A stretch of 63,623 bases of DNA, the filler included. It is 4 parts of 4 records of this genome, joined end to end, with 100 filler letters (N's around TTAATTAATTAA, not from the genome) between each part and the next. Parts side by side here need not be neighbours in the genome. Positions count along the whole stretch, not along the records: positions 57,680 to 63,623 come from SRR20825006_2591; 3 more parts are not named here. One strand, given 5' to 3'. The notes beneath the pieces are model-generated. The model was given only the letters and a program-made list of their open reading frames with translations. It had not been told where the DNA came from and did no database searches. Each line of letters opens with the position of its first letter. Position 1 is the first letter of the stretch. Both the position numbers and the translations under genes were made by a program. Positions 59,015 through 63,623 of this stretch are shown here, piece after piece.

Positions 59015-61714
59015 ATGAAATACCTTTTATTTTTAGTTATGGGCTTTAGCCTTTCAATCTCTGCGCAGAGCGTGCGTGTGAGTGGTACGGTTAAAGACAG
59101 TATTGGTACTCCACTAGAACTTGCTAACGTGATCGCTACCCGCACCGATACCGGAGAGATGGAATCGTATGCGATCTCAAACACTCAAGGTCGCTATCAA
59201 TTTAACCTTCCTACAGGGGCTAAATATTCTTTAGTAGCGAGCTTTTTAGGGTTGGCGCCTACTACGCAAGAACTTGATATTGCACCCGGAGCTGACGACA
59301 TCTCATTGGATTTTGTCCTGTATCCTGCCGAAAATCAGCTAGATGATGTAGAGATCGTTTATGAAATGCCGGTGGTGGTTCGTGGCGATACCATCGTTTA
59401 TAATACCGATAGTTTCACCAATGGAACCGAGCAGAAATTAGGAGACGTGCTTAAAAAACTTCCCGGGGTTACGGTGACCGATGATGGTGAGATCGAGGTC
59501 GAAGGGCAAACGGTTTCTAAAGTGATGATCGAAGGAAAAGACTTTTTTGACGGCGATTCTAAATTGGCGACCAAAAACATTCCTGCTGATGCTCTAAAAA
59601 AGGTTGAAGTACTGAAAAATTACAACGAAGTCGATCAAATGCGCGGTTTGGGTAACGATCAGGATAATGTTGCGATTAATCTTAAACTGAAAGAAGGTAA
59701 AAAGAATTTCTGGTTTGGAGAATTACAAGGCGGAATTGGAGATGGCGAACAAACGCGTTATCTGGGCAGTGCCAAATTGTTTTACTATAGCCCTAAAGGG
59801 AGCATCAACCTGATCGGAAATTCGAACAATACCGGCGATGTGCCGTTTACGTTTAGGGATTACTTCAATTTTACCGGTGGATTTAGAAATTTCAATTCCC
59901 GTGGCGGGACTTCATTTAATATTTCAGACAGCGGACTCGGATTTTTAGTTTCTCAAAACAATAGAGCCAATGAGATCAAAACCAATTTTGGCGCGGCAAA
60001 CTTCAGTTATGAAGCTTCAGATGCATTGGATTTAAGTGGGTTTTTACTCTTCAGTGACAATTCAACCGATTTTATTCAGCGTAGCTTGCGCAACTATATT
60101 GCTACCGGTGCGACCGAGGTGAATACTCAAAACAGCAATCAAAGCAATCAATTGGGGATGGCGAAATTTAGTGCTATATACAAGCCCAGCGATAAGCTTC
60201 AACTGGATTATGATGTGCTTGCAAAAAAATCGCAACAAGAAGAATTGACCGATGCACTTTCCGTTTTTACAGATGAAGATGGGATTACCAACAACCCGAT
60301 CGACGAGAATAAAGACAATGATCCGTTCAGTTTAAATCAAAACCTTAACGCGTATTATACGCTGAATGAGAAGAATATTTTTGCCGGTTTTGTGCAGCAT
60401 TTGTATCAAAAAGAAGATCCGTTCTATCAGGCGATCGTGACGCAGCAACCTTTTGCACAGATTCTTCCTTTGGATACCGATCAGGATCGATTTAATATCA
60501 ATCAGGATAAAATGATCGAGACCAATAAACTGGACAGTAAGATTGATTATTACTACGTGATCAACGACAAAAGTAACCTAAACCTAACCTTAGGAACTAC
60601 CCAAAGTCGCCAGGATTTCAATTCGGCTATCTTTCAGATTCTTGATAATGGAACTCAAAATGAGTTCACCGACGAAAGCTTGAATAATGATGTTATCTAT
60701 CGCTTCAGTGATGTGTTTTTAGGAGCGCACTACAAGTTTAAAACCGGGATTTTCACCTTTACACCGGGAGTGACTTTGCACAACTACAATGTAGCTTCTG
60801 AGCAATTAGGAATTGAAACCAGCGAGAATGAGTGGAAGCTGTTACCTGATCTTTATGCGATCGCCGAGTTTAAGCAAAGCGAAAGTTTGCGCCTCAATTA
60901 TCAGATGACCGCAGATTATACAGACGTCAATAATTTTGCTGAAGGTTATGTGTTTAACAACTACAATCAGATGTTTCGCGGTAACCGAAATATTGAGAAT
61001 GCGATCTTTCATACCGCTCGGTTGAATTATTTCAATTTCAATATGTTCAACTTCACCAACCTGAACGGAGGCGTGAGTTACACCAAGCGGGTTGATGCGA
61101 TCAAAACAAGTACTGCGATAGATCAAATTAACCAGGCTTCGTCGCCTATCAACAGCAATTTTGTTGATGAGGTGTTGAGCGCTAACGGCCGTTTTCAAAA
61201 GACTTTTAGAAAGTGGAAGGCCAACTTGAGTGCGAATGTTTCGTATAGCGAGTTGAATAACATCATCAATACGCAACCTACACTATCGCAAAATTTCACA
61301 CAGAATTATCAAGGAAGCGTGGAAACCAATTTTAAAAACGCACCCAATTTTGAAGTGGGTTACAACCGAAGCATCAATAATTATCAAAACGGAAACAGCG
61401 ATCGCGTGTTCTATACAGACCGCCCGTTTGCCAATATGGATGTGAAATTCTTAAACGGATTTACGCTTACGGCAGACTGGAGTTATTACAATTATTATGA
61501 TAAAGACGATACCGTACAAAATGAATATTCCTTTTTTGAGGCCAGTTTACGCTATCAAAAACCGGAAAGTAAATGGGAATTTAGGTTGGATGGAACCAAC
61601 TTATTCAATGTAGATTCTTTAAATAATGACAGTTTTAATGAAACCTTCAGTACCACTACCGAGTATTTTGTGATGCCGCGTATTGTGATGCTTTCGGTAA
61701 AGTATAATTTATAG
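59015..61714 (+). CDS. Outer-membrane beta-barrel protein with carboxypeptidase-regulatory-like and plug-like domains (TonB-dependent receptor-like)
   Basis: Signal peptide, VSGTVKDS, GDTIVYN, LKKLPGV, IPAD...VEV, amphipathic strands and PR..MLSVKYNL terminus. Confidence 0.8.
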   Translation: MKYLLFLVMGFSLSISAQSVRVSGTVKDSIGTPLELANVIATRTDTGEMESYAISNTQGRYQFNLPTGAKYSLVASFLGLAPTTQELDIAPGADDISLDFVLYPAENQLDDVEIVYEMPVVVRGDTIVYNTDSFTNGTEQKLGDVLKKLPGVTVTDDGEIEVEGQTVSKVMIEGKDFFDGDSKLATKNIPADALKKVEVLKNYNEVDQMRGLGNDQDNVAINLKLKEGKKNFWFGELQGGIGDGEQTRYLGSAKLFYYSPKGSINLIGNSNNTGDVPFTFRDYFNFTGGFRNFNSRGGTSFNISDSGLGFLVSQNNRANEIKTNFGAANFSYEASDALDLSGFLLFSDNSTDFIQRSLRNYIATGATEVNTQNSNQSNQLGMAKFSAIYKPSDKLQLDYDVLAKKSQQEELTDALSVFTDEDGITNNPIDENKDNDPFSLNQNLNAYYTLNEKNIFAGFVQHLYQKEDPFYQAIVTQQPFAQILPLDTDQDRFNINQDKMIETNKLDSKIDYYYVINDKSNLNLTLGTTQSRQDFNSAIFQILDNGTQNEFTDESLNNDVIYRFSDVFLGAHYKFKTGIFTFTPGVTLHNYNVASEQLGIETSENEWKLLPDLYAIAEFKQSESLRLNYQMTADYTDVNNFAEGYVFNNYNQMFRGNRNIENAIFHTARLNYFNFNMFNFTNLNGGVSYTKRVDAIKTSTAIDQINQASSPINSNFVDEVLSANGRFQKTFRKWKANLSANVSYSELNNIINTQPTLSQNFTQNYQGSVETNFKNAPNFEVGYNRSINNYQNGNSDRVFYTDRPFANMDVKFLNGFTLTADWSYYNYYDKDDTVQNEYSFFEASLRYQKPESKWEFRLDGTNLFNVDSLNNDSFNETFSTTTEYFVMPRIVMLSVKYNL

Positions 61715-61747
61715 CGCAAGCTATTTTTTGTTTATTGTGTTTAAAAC

Positions 61748-61778
61748 AAAACCCGAAGCTGTAAGGCTTCGGGTTTTT
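61748..61778. terminator. Bidirectional rho-independent terminator
   Basis: AAAACCCGAAGC...GCTTCGGGTTTTT between convergent genes. Confidence 0.85.
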
Positions 61779-61803
61779 AGTTTTATTCAATTTCTACAAA
61801 CGG

Positions 61804-62046
61804 TTATGCTTGTTCGAGTTTATTCATTTTCATTTGATACTCTTCTGTCGCTTCTGCGATTTTCTCAACGTTGTCTGATGCTTTTTGATGTGCATCTTCC
61901 ATCGCTTTTTCTAAATCCTTGTCCGGATTTTGGAAAAGATCTGTGATTACGTGGTTAATTTTATCAATGATGCTTTCTTGGCTGTTCTTAATATCCTCCA
62001 ATTTATGAAGCATCGTTTCCATTTGATCATACTTTGCTTGATCCAT
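61804..62046 (-). CDS. Small acidic coiled-coil hypothetical protein
   Basis: 80-aa ORF with natural helical composition, A-rich leader and a downstream terminator. Confidence 0.7.
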   Translation of the reverse strand: MDQAKYDQMETMLHKLEDIKNSQESIIDKINHVITDLFQNPDKDLEKAMEDAHQKASDNVEKIAEATEEYQMKMNKLEQA

Positions 62047-62165
62047 AATTTTTGATTTTTAGTGAATACAAGGTAGCAGTAAGGAGGTCTGAAACCGAGG
62101 TTTTTAACCCGGTTTTAATGGAATTTTGCAGCTTTTAACGGAAAAAGGCTTCATTTAAGAGTTTG

Positions 62166-63092
62166 TTAATACCCCTTTTTAGCCTGTACTTGATTCAATA
62201 ACTTCTCGCCGTTTTGCATACGTTGGTAATTTTCAGCTACCTGACCAGATACCGAAGCGGCATTGCTCATACTTGCAATATGCGGAGTAATGATAATATT
62301 TTCCTGTTGCCAAAAAGGATGTTCTTTAGGTAAAGGTTCGTTATGAAAAACATCTAGCGCTGCTCCACTTAAGTGTTCGCTATTTAATGCTTCGATCAAG
62401 TCATCATCTACAAGATGACCGCCGCGTGCAACATTGATGAGGTAAGCACCTTGTGGAAGTTTATTGAATAAATCTTTATTCAAAATTCCCTTGGTACTTT
62501 CTGTCAACGGAAGCAAACACACCAAAATCTCAGATTTTGAAAGAAAAGTGTCGAGTTCATCTTCAGTGTAGCTGTTAATACCGTCAACACTTTTTGCTGA
62601 AGAAGACCAGCCGATTACATTAAACCCGATTGCTTTCAGCATAGTTCCCACGGCTTGCCCTAAAGTGCCGAAGCCTAATATACCTACTGTAACATCTTTT
62701 GCGCGCTTATAGTCGGTAGGTTTCCAGGTGTTTTCTTTCTGTAACCGCGCGTAAGTTTTTAAATTTCTGATGTGATTTAGGCATAGGGCAGCGACAAATT
62801 CTTGCATATCACTTGCTAATTTATCGTCTACCACGCGGGTAAGGATTACATCTTCGGGGAGTGACTCATCTTCAAATAGGTGGTCAACACCGGCGCCCAT
62901 AGAACCTATTACTTTTAAGTTGGGATACTTAGCATAACTGCCTTTTGGTGCTTTCCAGGTAATCGCCATCGTCGCATCTGCCGGGTCTTTAATAGTTTCC
63001 GGGGTAACCACTTCAATGGAAGGATCGGCCTTGTGTAAAGCCTCGATCCACGGTTGATAATCTTTATTATTTCTGATGAGTAAAAGTGCCAT
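62166..63092 (-). CDS. ghrA: D-2-hydroxyacid dehydrogenase, glyoxylate/hydroxypyruvate reductase A-like
   Basis: GAGVDH, GILGFGTLG, LLPLT, INVARG, LDVF..EPL and TPHIAS motifs; start at 63092 or 63101. Confidence 0.85.
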   Translation of the reverse strand: MALLLIRNNKDYQPWIEALHKADPSIEVVTPETIKDPADATMAITWKAPKGSYAKYPNLKVIGSMGAGVDHLFEDESLPEDVILTRVVDDKLASDMQEFVAALCLNHIRNLKTYARLQKENTWKPTDYKRAKDVTVGILGFGTLGQAVGTMLKAIGFNVIGWSSSAKSVDGINSYTEDELDTFLSKSEILVCLLPLTESTKGILNKDLFNKLPQGAYLINVARGGHLVDDDLIEALNSEHLSGAALDVFHNEPLPKEHPFWQQENIIITPHIASMSNAASVSGQVAENYQRMQNGEKLLNQVQAKKGY

Positions 63093-63121
63093 AGTATACA
63101 TTTAGGTGTCCCGTAAAAATA

Positions 63122-63152
63122 AAAAATGCCACCTGTTGTAAGTGGCATTTTT
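63122..63152 (-). terminator. Rho-independent terminator after metK
   Basis: AAAAATGCCAC...GTGGCATTTTT stem with A/T flanks. Confidence 0.8.
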
Positions 63153-63176
63153 AAGGGTTTAGTATTTTGATAACGT

Positions 63177-63623
63177 CTATAGACCGAAGGCTTCCTTAAC
63201 CTGATCTACATAGTCTAGTTTTTCCCAGGTAAAAAGTTCTACCTCTTTCTCGATTCGACCGCTGTACGGACTTTCAAAAACCTTAGTGATAGTTCTAGGA
63301 TCTTTACCCATATGCCCGTATGCCGCAGTCTCTCTATAAATAGGATAACGAAGTTTTAAACGGTCTTCAATCGCCGCAGGACGCATATCAAAAAGCTCTC
63401 GTACTTTTGCCGCAATTTGGCCATTGCTCAATTCAACTTTAGAAGTTCCGTAAGTGTCAACAAAAATCGAAGTAGGTTCAACAACACCAATAGCGTAAGA
63501 AACCTGAACTAATACTTCATCAGCAACACCGGCAGCAACAAGATTTTTGGCTATATGTCTTGATGCGTATGCTGCAGAACGGTCTACTTTACTAGGATCT
63601 TTTCCTGAAAATGCACCTCCACC
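63177..63623 (-). CDS. metK: S-adenosylmethionine synthetase, C-terminal part (5'-truncated)
   Basis: Manual translation from 63623 gives [20 protein letters not shown]...QVSYAIG...TAAYGHMG...FTWEK. Confidence 0.97.
   Translation of the reverse strand, partial: GGGAFSGKDPSKVDRSAAYASRHIAKNLVAAGVADEVLVQVSYAIGVVEPTSIFVDTYGTSKVELSNGQIAAKVRELFDMRPAAIEDRLKLRYPIYRETAAYGHMGKDPRTITKVFESPYSGRIEKEVELFTWEKLDYVDQVKEAFGL

Noticed and set aside
377-63623. Functional links across segments (metK supplying SAM to arsM; bshB1 thiol with arsenic; cyoA with hemN/ccoI)
   Set aside because: The genes lie on different contigs, probably from different organisms, so adjacency carries no information.

Overview
This window is not one continuous locus. 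It joins four unrelated fragments with identical artificial 100-nt linkers (44 N + TTAATTAATTAA + 44 N) at 29137-29236, 42051-42150 and 57580-57679. Segment 1 (1-29136) is AT-rich and Flavobacteriaceae-like. It opens with the most interesting region, a 5'-truncated cluster of purine-nucleoside phosphorylase, arsenite methyltransferase ArsM, a fatty-acid hydroxylase/desaturase, a DUF547 lipoprotein and a TIGR04283-type glycosyltransferase, which looks like an arsenosugar/arsenolipid pathway. Next come a GH113 lipoprotein, a flavoprotein plus membrane ferredoxin pair, two GT2 enzymes (one plant CslA/CslC-like), an AraC/aldehyde dehydrogenase/DUF779 module and housekeeping genes (mpl, obgE, adk, purK, purE, M3 peptidase, ECF sigma/anti-sigma, partial gcvP). 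Segment 2 (29237-42050) is GC-richer and alphaproteobacterial: partial cyoA, MFS, autotransporter-like protein, two divergent GSTs, MCP, lipoprotein hydrolase, tspO, a Zur-boxed COG0523 GTPase, DUF3750 and an AraC tail. Segment 3 (42151-57579) is Bacteroidota: a REP-like doublet, ccoI-like ATPase, hemN, Fnr-like regulator, cysteine desulfurase, glycosylation genes, a HigBA-type toxin-antitoxin pair beside a degenerate tandem duplication, bshB1 and partial ccsA. Segment 4 (57680-63623) is Flavobacteriaceae-like: two GLPGLI proteins with an outer-membrane barrel, ghrA and partial metK. I saw no rRNA, tRNA, CRISPR array or transposase. All family assignments come from motif recognition by eye; no database search was run.
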